Assembly: GCA_951406725.2 (NCBI GenBank)
Contig: OX597824.1
Location: 59,086,001 to 59,150,000 of the forward strand
DNA from: Octopus vulgaris
Taxonomy: Eukaryota
Direction of reading: 5' to 3'
DNA length: 64,000 nt
The notes below the pieces were generated by a model. It did not search any database. It worked only from the letters and a program-made list of their open reading frames with translations, and had not been told where the DNA came from. The first letter of the stretch is position 1. The number at the start of each line of letters is the position of its first letter. Below are positions 51,585 through 64,000 of this stretch, piece after piece. The position numbers and the translations under genes were made by a program.

Positions 51585-52968
51585 CACATACATACACACA
51601 CTCATAAATACACACACACTCAAACTCCCTCTCCCACTTTCCTTCTCTGTTTCTCATTTCTGTTTCTCACATTTTTTCTTCTTCTGTGTCTTTGTTTCTG
51701 TGTATGTATATTTATGCGCTTCCTAGTAGCTATAGCTACCATACTTACGTGTATGCACACGATCAACATGTATGTGCGTATATACACATACGTATATATA
51801 TACATATATAGATGCAACAGAGAGATGAATGGAGAGACCTTTCATTTTTTATTTGCTTCTTTATATATATTCTTAACATAAACACATACACAACTGACAG
51901 TGATACAGACATCCACATACACATAGCGCGCGCACGCACACACAGAGTTACATACATATGCAGATATATACATGCTAATCGCATATTCTCATAGACACGA
52001 TCACACACAATCACACACACTCACACATATCCGCACATAAAATAACTTACAGAATTTTTTTTTAAATCACGAGAAAATAGGAAAAGAAAAGGAAAATAAT
52101 AAATAACCACGACCCCACCGCCATTTCCATCAATAAAAATAAAACAATAAAAAAAGGAGAGAAAATTCAACAACGTCGATATTACATTACAAGTACATAA
52201 TGCAGATGACTGAAACGGACATAAAGTGTCATAGGCGTGAAATGTGACTAAAATAGGGTAGCAATGGTACCCATGTAGGGGGTCAGGACAGTTAAACATT
52301 CATTCACTTAGTCATTGGACAGCCATTTCGATCAAGTATCATTTGAAAACGTTCGGCTGCACTAAAAATATGGCTGCGTCCGTCTTTACCAGCCCAAGCA
52401 GCCACAGTAAAATGTCGGAGTGACGCCAAGGGAGATAATTTATATACGTACTCTAACAAAAGAAGCCTACAAGTCACGGGTGAGCACTTTCATTGCCAAG
52501 ACGCTGCCTGACAGCAGGAACCCCGCTGTGCTGCGCCAGTCTTCTGTCGTTCGAAAAACTCGCATAAATTTCGCTCGGATCGGCCTACGGTTACGCTTTT
52601 TGGCATCCAGTGCAAGAAAGATTTATTAAAGTCCAGCTTTTCACGTGTCACTGAGCGCGACAACCATTTCGTTCCGTATTTTCTTCTTTATCTCTATTCT
52701 TCTTTTTTATCTTGATTTATTTTTGTTCTATTACTTTTCGTCATCTTTTTCATTTTCTTCTTTTATTACTATGAATTAAAAAGGACTATACTTACATACA
52801 ATATATATACTCACACATATCTACCTACATACATTTATACATACATACATACATACACACACATACATACAAAAAAAAATATATATATATACGTATGTAT
52901 ATATATATATATATATACGTATGTATATATATATACATATATATATACAAATATATATATATTTATAC

Positions 52969-53011
<43 letters not shown>

Positions 53012-53172
53012 TGTTTATATGTTTATGTGTGTGTATATCAATTTTAATTAGATGTTTATTATATAATTATTTTCTCTCTGTGTATTCTAATATATAATAA
53101 CATAGATACTGAAATATACACACAACGCACACATGTATACATATATACACTCACATACATACGTATGAATAC

Positions 53173-53241
<69 letters not shown>

Positions 53242-53282
53242 TATACATATATATATATAAATATATATATTTATACATATAC

Positions 53283-53326
<44 letters not shown>

Positions 53327-53544
53327 GCAAATAAAAATAAAAGAAAGGTTAACATTTGAACCTTCCAAATCACCACTGAGAAACATGACGGATTGATAAA
53401 GCATGCTGTCTGCACACCTACACATTCTGTTACTTCAACAGACACTCGAGGCAGTCCACATACTAGAATGTGAAAAAAATGCATGTGGTAAAACACGCCC
53501 TCTGAAATACGCACGCCTGACAAACAGGACCATGATAATATTAT

Positions 53545-53760
53545 TATTTTCAAATTTTGGTACCAGGCAAGCCATAACGGGGTAAGGAATAAATTCGTTA
53601 CACCAACCCTAGAACTCAAAATGGTAGTTACTTTATCGACCCCGACAGGTTGGAAGGCAAAGTTGACGTGGGTGTCATTTGAACTCAGAACGCATAGTCA
53701 GAAGAAATGCTGCTAAGCATTTCGATCGGTGCAGTAACGATACTACCAGCTCGCTCCCTA
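53545..53760 (-). mobile_element. SINE family C, diverged
   Basis: tttatcgaccccgacagg..gaaggcaaagttgac...tttgaactcagaac. Confidence 0.7.
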
Positions 53761-54214
53761 ACATTATTGTATGATATTAATTGTACAATCAACCGAGCAA
53801 TACTGCGTCAATTAAAATGTTTATAATATATGATATAATGTATTATATTATACTTTATTATAATATAATTTGATATAGTAGAAAATAATACAATATAAAA
53901 TACTATAATATAATAGGAAATAATATAATTTAGAATAGAATATAAGTTACTATAATATATTACAAAATAGAATATAAAACAATATATATATTAATATACT
54001 ATAAATTATAAAATATTGGTCATCGGAAACTGTATAGAAGCCCTTCAAGTGGATTGTACTTGTAATTCAAAAAGCAAAGAGAATTGCTTTGAAGATACAA
54101 TTGTCAACCCCTTTAACGTTAATTCAGAAGTGTGAAAATTCATTTGATCAAACAACAGCGTCCATCCCATCGAACGTCCGGGACCCACCATATTGTATTA
54201 TGTTATATTGATTT

Positions 54215-54415
54215 CAAATTTTGGAAAGAGGCCAGCAGTTTCGGTGGTGGGTATTACTCGATTAGATCCATCCCAGTGTTCAACTGGTGCTTATTTTGTC
54301 GACCTCGATAAGATGGAAGATAAGGTTACCTCGGCGAAATTTGAACTCAGAATGTAAAAATGAACGAAATGCCGCTAAGGATTTTACCTGGCGTGCTAAC
54401 GATTCTGCCACCTTC
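54215..54415 (-). mobile_element. SINE family C, diverged
   Basis: Same motifs as other family C copies. Confidence 0.7.
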
Positions 54416-55519
54416 ATGTGTATTCTGCCAGCTTCATGTGCATTATGTTAAGGTCTTCTGTTCATTGCAGAAATTAATAAAGTTTTTGCTTGTTGGGTGG
54501 TGGAAAAGTAAGCATCACAAGTTTTGAAAAAACCCGATCCACCAACTTTGGTAGCGAAGATCCTGCAACTTGTTCAGTGAGAGTTAATATACGTTTATTA
54601 AACATTTTATATACGATTCATACGTACCCTCATACGCATACATACATACAAGCATATACGCAGAAAAGCAAACATACACATACACACACTCATATGTATT
54701 CATATCTATAATATCTATATAACAACTCATGCACATATACATGTGAATATGTACGTGTATGTGTGTGTGCGTGCATGCGTATGTGTGTGTGTACAAATGC
54801 ATTATTCACACGTTTTTAACCACAAAATATTGACACATGCATCATATTTCAGGCCACAGACATCCACAACTTCATACACTTACATACTGAGGCGTATACA
54901 GCATAATGACACGAAACCGAACCACATATACAAACCACATAAACAGTCACAAACCACGGAACATTTGCATTATTACAAACGAAAACTGAACTGAGTCACA
55001 CTCAAGCCAGCACTGATGTAGAGAAACACAGATTTATTGAATCATAATCCGTAAGCACTTTTGCATTTTTAAACGAGTCATTTATATTCGAGATTTGAAA
55101 GATTAGGTCGGAGGCGTTTACAACATGACAAAATCAATGAAAATAAGTTGTTCTTTTTTAATAGCAAATAAATAGATTGATATATGATAAGAAGCGCATC
55201 GATGGAGTAGATCGGCGTATCTTATCTGTCCAAGAGATTTTGACTCTGGTCTTTTAATTTCATATTTCATCAAAGAAGTTCTTTGATTCTGCGTTAAAAC
55301 TAAATTCTGTAATGATTCTGGTAACGTTCTATTCTAAATTGACATTAATCTACGCACACACAAACATACACACACACACCGGCACACGCACTCACACATA
55401 CAAACACACACGTACATAAATACATGCACGCACACACACCCATATACACATATACACACATGCACACGCACACACAACATACACACATACAAACGCACAC
55501 CTCCATATATACACATATT

Positions 55520-55733
55520 ATTCTTTTACTTGTTTCAGTCTTTTGACTACAGTCATGCTGGAGCACCGCCTTTAATCGAACAAATCAACACCAGGACTTA
55601 TTCTTTGTAAACCTAGTAATTGTTCTATCGGTTTCTTTTGACGAACCGCTAGATAGGAGAAGTAAACACCCCAACATCAAGTGATTGTGACGGGACGAAC
55701 ACAGACCCACAAATATATACATACATACATACA

Positions 55734-55802
<69 letters not shown>

Positions 55803-56296
55803 GTGTGTATGTGTGTGTGTGTAACGGGCTTCTTTTAGCTTCCTGAGGTCGATGTGTACGACTAAAGGCGGTGATCCAGCATGGCCGTAGTCAAATGACT
55901 GAAACGAATGAAAGAATATTGTTTTAATCATTTACTTGTTTAAGTCATTTCTCTGCGGCCATGCTGGAGCACCGCCTTTAGTCAAGCAAATCGACCCAGG
56001 ACTTATTCTTTGTAAGCCTAGTACTCATCCTATCGGCCTGTTTGTCAAACCGCTATGTTATAGGGGTGTAAACACACCAGCATCGGTTGTCAAGCGATGT
56101 TGAAAAGACAAACACAGACACAAAAACATACATACGACGGGCTTCTTTCAGTTTCCGTCTACCAAATTCACTCACAAGGCTTTGGTCGGCCCGTGTCTAT
56201 AGTAGAAGACACTTGCACAAGGTGCAACGCAGTGGGACTGAATCCGAACCATATGGTTGGTAATGAAGCTACTCACCACACAGCCACTCCTGCACC
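55520..56296 (-). mobile_element. Cluster of SINE family A pieces (55520-55705 minus tail, 55825-55915 plus fragment, 55930-56296 full-length minus copy)
   Basis: Homology to family A. Confidence 0.85.
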
Positions 56297-56303
56297 TATA
56301 TAT

Positions 56304-56361
<58 letters not shown>

Positions 56362-56364
<3 letters not shown>

Positions 56365-56483
56365 CACCGTGATCACCGTGACCGACCAGGCTATCAGATG
56401 TTGTTATACATCGCTGGTCACAATGCACTTTGCATTGTTTTAGCCCTCAAATGACGCCACCCCGCTGGCTTAGCGAGCAGGCC
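56362..56483 (-). mobile_element. SINE family B, 3' part
   Basis: Homology; embedded in (TA)n on both sides. Confidence 0.85.
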
Positions 56484-56484
56484 A

Positions 56485-56539
<55 letters not shown>

Positions 56540-56973
56540 ATAAGGAAATAATTTTATTCTTAAACGTAGGATAATGCTTATACTATAGCATGAACAAGAT
56601 AAACTATCCATATTTTGCAGAAAAAAATCTGTCGGCGGCCAGCCATGAGACTCGAACTTTAACCATTGAGCTAGACTGACCCAGCGACAAATTCGTCAAC
56701 AAATTTACGATGTTTAAATCTAGCTTTATATACCCTAAATTTATATACCCTAAATTTATATACCCTAAATTTATATACCCTAAATTTGCAGACGAATTTG
56801 TTGGTGGGTCACTTAAGCTTATTGGTAAAGCACGAGACCTGTAATCACAGGGATGCAAATTCGAGTCTCACGGCTGGCCGCCGTCAGATGCTTTTGCAAA
56901 ATATGGATAGTTTATCCTGTTCATGCTATATTATTAGCATCATCCTGCGTTTGAGAATAAATTGTTTCCTTAT
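56540..56973. repeat. Foldback of two back-to-back tRNA-like-headed arms around a 15-bp tandem repeat (ttatataccctaaat x4)
   Basis: 56540-56706 is the reverse complement of 56782-56973 except for a deletion in the left tRNA-like part. Confidence 0.85.
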
Positions 56974-57044
56974 CAGTATCTTTAATACATCTCAACGCTT
57001 CTCAAGCAAACTTTGTTAGTTGAATTTCAATGTAAGCTGAATTT

Positions 57045-57139
<95 letters not shown>

Positions 57140-57247
57140 ATGTACATATACCTAGAGAGCAGGAAAATTCAGCAAGGGTATGCATATATATAATATTTAT
57201 AATTGAAATTTTCCTACCCGTACAAAGAAATAATTATAGTATATGGT

Positions 57248-57282
<35 letters not shown>

Positions 57283-57804
57283 GCATACATATGTATGTAT
57301 ATACTCACACACATAAAATAATAATAGACTGATTTGAAAAGTTGAATAGCCATTGATGAGATCAATAAATTATAAAGTGAAATAAAAAAAAATGCTGTGA
57401 TTGAAATGAAGATTAAAGATGCAATTATTACTCTGAGGCTTTCAAAATAAAATAAAAAGGGCCATTTTTATCAAAGAATCTTACACATGAAATTAAATAG
57501 AAAGGGGACCGCATCGTAACTCTCTTGTACATACACTACATCACACACGCGCATAAATACACACAAATGTTTGAACATGTATTACATATATAAATATATA
57601 AATATACATATATACACTCTCACATACAGGCATGAAGACATGCGCAAAATGACACAGATTACACACACACACACGCACATACATACATACATATATGTAT
57701 GTATACATATAAATCGACATTCATATAGATCCCAATATATATTTATGCATATATTGTGTGTGAGTATATATATATGCAAGTGCATATTTGTGTACATATA
57801 TATA

Positions 57805-57837
<33 letters not shown>

Positions 57838-58163
57838 ATATATATACCCACACATACACACATACACGCGCGCATGTATAATGTATTGATGCAAGCATTC
57901 AAGCGAAAATACACGCGTAGAAGTACGCAGTATCACATCGATTATAGCCTGATTAAGATAGTAATTCGCCTTATCTGGAGGAATCTTGAATTGATTTTCT
58001 TCTTCCATCTCTCATCTAGCCTTTGTTATTTTATAACTCAGTCATCTAAATTAACTTTGAGATTTTTAAATGATAGAATATTTTAAATTAACAAGTTCAC
58101 GGGGCATCTGCGTTCCTCAAACACAACACAATATTCAATAGTAATAACAATAGTAATAATAGT

Positions 58164-58225
<62 letters not shown>

Positions 58226-59127
58226 CGATAACAAGTTATGTTTTCCAACATTATTAAAAATGATTAATAGGAATTAATGGTAACGATAAAAATGATCACA
58301 CACACACTTATATGTATGTTTATAATATATATATATATACATTATATATTATACATACATATATATATGTATATATATATGTATATATACATATATACAT
58401 ACATAGGTACAAACATACATATGTGTAGTGTATGTGTGTACACACACACACATACACACGCATATATAACAAATATTGATATGTAAGCTGTTAATCGCTA
58501 ATATTAGATGCCGTCTATAAACGGTTTCAGCCACCATTCTTGATCATATTTAATTCCATTTTGTCTCTGTTTAAGTCACCTCAAGTCCAACTTCTGATAT
58601 TCTTTTTACTGGAAAATCGATACAAGTATCAGACAGTATCTTTAAGTTAGTTCAGTTTAAAATAGCCCTCCCAATAAATCTATGATCTACTGTTAATGTA
58701 GTGTATGTAACTGTTTATATATTAATTTTCCATGCATATTAACATCATGATATATATTAATGGATCTTCCGTCGGTTTCGACCGACTCATTAACTAGATA
58801 GATAGATACATACATACATACATGCATACATAGATACATACATTCATGCATACATACATACATGCATACATACATACATATATACATACATACATACATA
58901 CATAAGCATATGTGAGTATTTTTTATGCTTTGGTTGTTTCAGTCATTGGACTGTAGCCATGCTGCACCAACACATTGATGGATTTGATCGAACATGTACC
59001 AGGCTTTTTCAAAGCCTGGTACATGTTCTATTGTTCTTTTTTGCCTAATTGCCAAGTTAGAGAGACGTAAAGAAACCGACATGGTCGTAAAGGTGTATGT
59101 GATGAGACAAACACACGCACAAAAACT

Positions 59128-59165
<38 letters not shown>

Positions 59166-59259
59166 TATATATATATACAAGCTGGGAAAAATAGTACTCG
59201 GATACCGGAGGTAGAGTAATATGCTTTATTATTAAAGCTGCAAAAATATCACAAAAACC

Positions 59260-59295
59260 TGCTACTCAGAGTTTCACGTTCACGTTTGTTGGACA
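59260..59295 (-). ncRNA. Decayed hammerhead (core CCAACAA, probably from CCGACGA)
   Basis: UGU-CCAACAA-ACG(UGAA)CGU-GAAA-CUCUGAG-UA-GCA. Confidence 0.45.
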
Positions 59296-60420
59296 TTTGT
59301 GATTCAGAATGGAGCAAGAAATAGGTTGTACGTATAATATATTATAATGCAATTCACATTGAATTTCAATGGAGAACGCTGACGGTTAGCTATTCTTGTT
59401 GCAAGAACTTCGCCTTTTTATTAGCCAGCACATCACAAAAACTATTTAGAATAACCACTGTGCCGGAAGCAATAAGGATTGTATTCGTAAAGACCAAAGT
59501 TGCTGTCCGTTGGAAGAAAATTGTCTAGAGAAAGAAATAGTGTATAGCATAAAGTGCAAATAAATGGCTCACAAATATACCAGGCATATTATAGGAGCCA
59601 TAGAAAATTCCTTTAAGGCAAGACTATATTTCCATTGAAATCCATTTCGATATCCTGAAAATAGGACAGCAACTAGTATCGCTAAACAAGTCTGCTGAAA
59701 ACAAAATAATACCCGTCCTTTTAAAATCGACTGACTATCTTGGACAGAGCAGCATATATATCTACACATGTATATATATATTGTCTCAAGTTCCTCTTGA
59801 GCACTTCTAAGTGCAAACCTTAAATTTGTGAGAGAATTTATGATTATTCATATTCTTTCTCAAAACAATTATATATATATATGTGTGTATGTGTGTATCA
59901 TATGTATATATATAGTAGAATATATATCTGTGTAGTATCACTCAATAAATCGAAAAGATGAAATGTTATGTATGTTTGTGTATCTATATATATATATATG
60001 TTGGCAATGTAGTTGTGTGTATATATATATATATATATAAGTATATATGTCTGTGTATATATGCATGAATATATCTATAAGTATGTAGGTATGTATATGT
60101 ATATATAGTGTATGTATATATGTATATGTGTATATGCACATGTGATTGGTATACGTCTATATATATAGAAATTTCTAAAAAAAAATTCCGTTATTTCCGT
60201 AATAACGGAATTTTTTAGAAATGTCTATCGGCTTGTTTTGAGCACGTGTTAATAGTGATAAATTATAATTGGTTATTGACAATTTGTCTATTTTCGGCAT
60301 ATTTGGCGTTAGAATTTCTTTTCCTTTGCTCTTATTTTGTAAGTTATTTATAAATTTCACCTTTAAAGGTATTTTTAATATGCTGGTCATTGATAAATTT
60401 TTTTTCGAAAAATTTTATCC

Positions 60421-60834
60421 TCTTTTTTACTCTTTTTTACTTGTTTCAGTCATTTGACTGCGGCCATGCTGGAGCACCGCCTTTAGTCGAGCAAATCGAC
60501 CCCGGGACTTATTCTATGTAAGCCCAGTATTTATTCTATCGGTCACTTTTGCCGAACCGCTAGGTGACGGGGACTTAAACACACCAGCATCGGCTGTCAA
60601 GCAATGCTAGGGGGACAAACACAGACACACACACATACACACACATACATATATATATATATACATATATACGACAGGCTTCTTTCAGTTTCCGTCTACC
60701 AAATCCACTCACAAAGCATTGGTCGGCCCGGGGCTATAGCAGAAGACACTTGCCCAAGATGCCACGCAGTGGGACTGAAACCGGAACCATGTGGTTGGTT
60801 AGCAAGCTACTTACCACACAGCCACTCCTGCACC
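60421..60834 (-). mobile_element. SINE family A, full length
   Basis: Near-identical to 23029-23431. Confidence 0.92.
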
Positions 60835-61165
60835 TATATTAGATATATATATGGTTCTGGGTTAAGTCCCATATATATATATATATAAATAAATTTAAGA
60901 CCGATGATAAAAGTTCTATTTCTTACAAAATATTTTGTTACTAACACCATACAAATTATTTTTATCTTCTACACCTTATGCAGAATTTATTTCTCTTTCG
61001 AATGAGGCAGACAATAGCTATTTTCATACAACTTGAAGAATTATAATGCTAAATTAATATAAACGTTTCAAATTCACCAGCAAAATTAGTTTAAGACCGT
61101 ATCATTATAATTTTATTTAAAGCTTAAGATTGTGGCAAAAATGATCATCAAGAACAAAATACATA

Positions 61166-61322
61166 TTAATACTTTGTGTCGTAGCCTCTATTCTTAATAA
61201 CGGCTGAACAACACCTCGGCTTTGAATTCGCTAAGTGATTACAAAATTCTGTAGGAATAGTTTGCCATATTTCATTGATATAATCGAATAATTGTTTTAG
61301 ATTAGATGTTTTTTTGGCACGC
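61166..61322 (-). mobile_element. Tc1 transposase C-terminal remnant
   Basis: NLKQLFDYINEIWQTIPTEFCNHLANSKPRCCSAVIKNRGYDTKY*, the typical Tc1 ...SMPRR..AVI...G..TKY end. Confidence 0.8.
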
Positions 61323-61324
61323 AC

Positions 61325-61416
<92 letters not shown>

Positions 61417-61417
61417 C

Positions 61418-61573
61418 ACGACGGGCTTCTTTCAGTTTCCGCATATCAAATCCTCGAAGAAGGCTTTGGTATGCCCGAGGCTATAGTAGAAGACACTCGC
61501 CATGGGTGCCATGCTGTTGGAATGAATCCGGAAACATGTGGTTGGTAAGCAGGCTTCTTACCACACAGTCACT
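61418..61573 (-). mobile_element. SINE family A, 5' half
   Basis: Homology to family A head. Confidence 0.78.
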
Positions 61574-61813
61574 CATATATATGTTTGAATCTGTATACAT
61601 GTTAAATAAATAAACGGATAAATAAATTAATTAATGTATGAATAAATAAATTGAAAGTAATTTTTTGTAAAATTAAAATTTTGATAGGTTTTTTGGCATG
61701 GAGTTTCATATAATTAAAATTTTGAAAAATTTATGGTAAAATTTTGAAGTTATAGAAGATGACGTGAACAAAATTTTTTCCTTGTGATATTTCCCCAAAA
61801 TTTATAATGCATA

Positions 61814-61982
61814 GGCGCAGGAGTGGTTGTGTGGAAAGTAGCTTGCTCACCAACCACATGGTTCCGGGTTCCGGGTTCAGTCCCACAACGTGGCACCTTA
61901 GGCAACTGTCTTCTACTATAGCCTCGGGCTGACCAAAGCCTTGTGAGTGGATTTGGTAGACGGAAACTGAAAGAAGCCCGTC

Positions 61983-62068
<86 letters not shown>

Positions 62069-62260
62069 TTGTGTGTCTGTGTTTGTCCCCCCAACATTGC
62101 TTGACAACCGATGCTGGTTTGTGTACGTTCCCGTAACCTAGCGGTAGAATAAGTACTAGGCTTACAAAGAATAAGTCCTGTGGTCGATTTGCTCAACTAT
62201 AGGCGGTGCTCCAGCATGGCCGCAGTCAAATGACTGAAACAAGTAAAAGAGTAAAAGAGA
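61814..62260 (+). mobile_element. SINE family A, full length
   Basis: ggcgcaggagtgg head through to the gtaaaaga tail. Confidence 0.92.
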
Positions 62261-63914
62261 ATGTGACAACATTCATTAAAATAATTGTATTTGAAGCCAA
62301 ATTTTTTTATCATTCTAAATCATTTGTAATTTTTAAAATTTAAACTGAATGATTTGTAGCATGATGCCAAATTTTGTTATTTTACTGAATGATTTGTGAG
62401 TTGTTTTGTTTAAACTGAATGGCTTCTAGTTTCAAATTAGTATATTAATGTGGATATTTATAATATTTCAGTGGATTAATTAATAAATTCAGTTTTAAGT
62501 ACCATAAAATATTTATCTTAAATGTAATCTATATCACTATATTCGTAGTTAAATTCAAGATATAAATTGTAATTATGCTCTCATCCTTATGCAAAATGAT
62601 TTAAGGTGTATAAATTGAATTTAGTAATTTATAATAATAATATATAAATAATTTTATAACAGGCCCTACGTTATTAAAATCAGTTCTATTATAAGTACGT
62701 ACTTCCGGTTATCTTTTCGTAAACAATGAATATATAAATATATAAACACTGATTTATAATGGTATTTTCCTTTGATAAAAGAAATAAATTTGTGCTTTCA
62801 TTTGTTATTTACTATGAATAATGTTTATATTAGAACGCATAAATAGATTAGAATAAATCTCAGATAAAATTATATATCATTTTGAATAGTTATGCTTATA
62901 TGAATACTTCTTGTAGACCCTATAATATTTTGTATATATCATCATATTGTGTTCTTTCGACCTTATATGTACATAAAAATTATAGCATAATAAAGCTATT
63001 GGCTTACTCTAATTTAATTCCTTCTGTAAAACTTAGAATTCTGATACTTTATTTATTTATATATTATTATCATTATTATGCAAGAAATAATAATCGTAAC
63101 TTTATGAATTAGTGTGTATCGGCGTATTTAGTAGAACCTTTTTTTAAATGAATTTAATGTCTGAATAAAATATATCCTTATTTATTTATTTATTCATAAC
63201 AACATATAGAAATTTTAAATAAAATATTTTTCCAACTCCATCATAAATTCTTAACATATTATATAGATATTAATATATAATAAAAAGGAGCAGTGATTAT
63301 TTAAGATTAAAATATCTTTAGATTAATATTATTAAAGCTGCATAAGATCATTTTATGACCCTTGTAATTGTCTTGTTTAACTACTTTATTTTATCTATTG
63401 GAATTTTGGTTTTGGTTTTATTATATTTATTATATTTTAAAATTATTAACGCTCATACTGTAAACGTAGGTATTTTTAAAACTCAGTCTATTTTATGATT
63501 TAGCAGTCCTTGCATGAAATTTTGTGTATGTTTTAGACAAATATTACCCAGAGGTGACTCATATGCATAAATGTGAATTTTTATAAATTCACCGGTGGAT
63601 ATGGATCGAAACAAATTCTAGGATATATATGTGTTATAATTATTTGTTATATTATATTATATTTTGTTAAAGTATAATTATATATTATATTATAATGTTA
63701 ATAACTTTTTAATATATCAATTGTATTTCTCTATTTCCTTTAATATATATATATATATTAAAATTATATCATTTTAAGTTCGGATTTTTCTCTACTATTT
63801 TGTGCTATTTAACAGAAGTAGCAGTGAAAATTGGATATTTTCCATCCTTTTGAAGGAAATCGTTTTTTCTTTGTATTCATATATATGAAATTTTTCTTTG
63901 TATTCATAAATATA

Positions 63915-63990
63915 TAAAATTTACAGAAAAACAAAAGAGGAAGACAGGTGTATAAACAACAAGCAGGTGTATTAGTTTGACGCTCGAGAA
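63915..63990 (-). mobile_element. pLTR-like family fragment
   Basis: Inverted homolog of 1-72 and direct homolog of 34430-34505. Confidence 0.55.
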
Positions 63991-64000
63991 TTCGACCGTA

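Noticed and set aside
56726-56787. 15-bp repeat x4 as a CRISPR-like array or GYINL coding repeat
   Set aside because: No spacers and a eukaryotic context; it is a simple minisatellite.
60172-60221. AT-rich ~20-bp hairpin
   Set aside because: It is real but isolated, with no supporting context for function.

Overview
This is AT-rich, microsatellite-saturated eukaryotic non-coding DNA. The repeat landscape (tRNA-derived SINEs with CORE-like and Meta-like central domains, TA/CA/TATG/TAA tracts) points to an octopus/coleoid cephalopod genome, which is my inference. No intact host protein-coding gene is visible, and almost all ORF-track entries are microsatellite translations. The window holds decayed transposons: R4/Dong-type LINE pieces in TAA repeats, a maT/mariner, two Tc1/IS630-like remnants, a hAT-type MITE and a Penelope-like GIY-YIG remnant. 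It also holds five SINE families and a near-intact tRNA-Leu(AAG) fused to a SINE/LINE 3' tail inside a Tc1-like element. The main hidden signal is a dense set of about 16 type-I hammerhead ribozyme (HHR) motifs in non-coding Penelope-like repeats. These include a young, GC-rich 1.5-mer of a ~360-nt unit with a fully canonical HHR (38624-39218, retrozyme-like), HHRs with compensatory G3-C8 and U3-A8 core pairs, and a palindromic tRNA-headed HHR element. All structures were folded by eye, and none has been tested computationally or biochemically.
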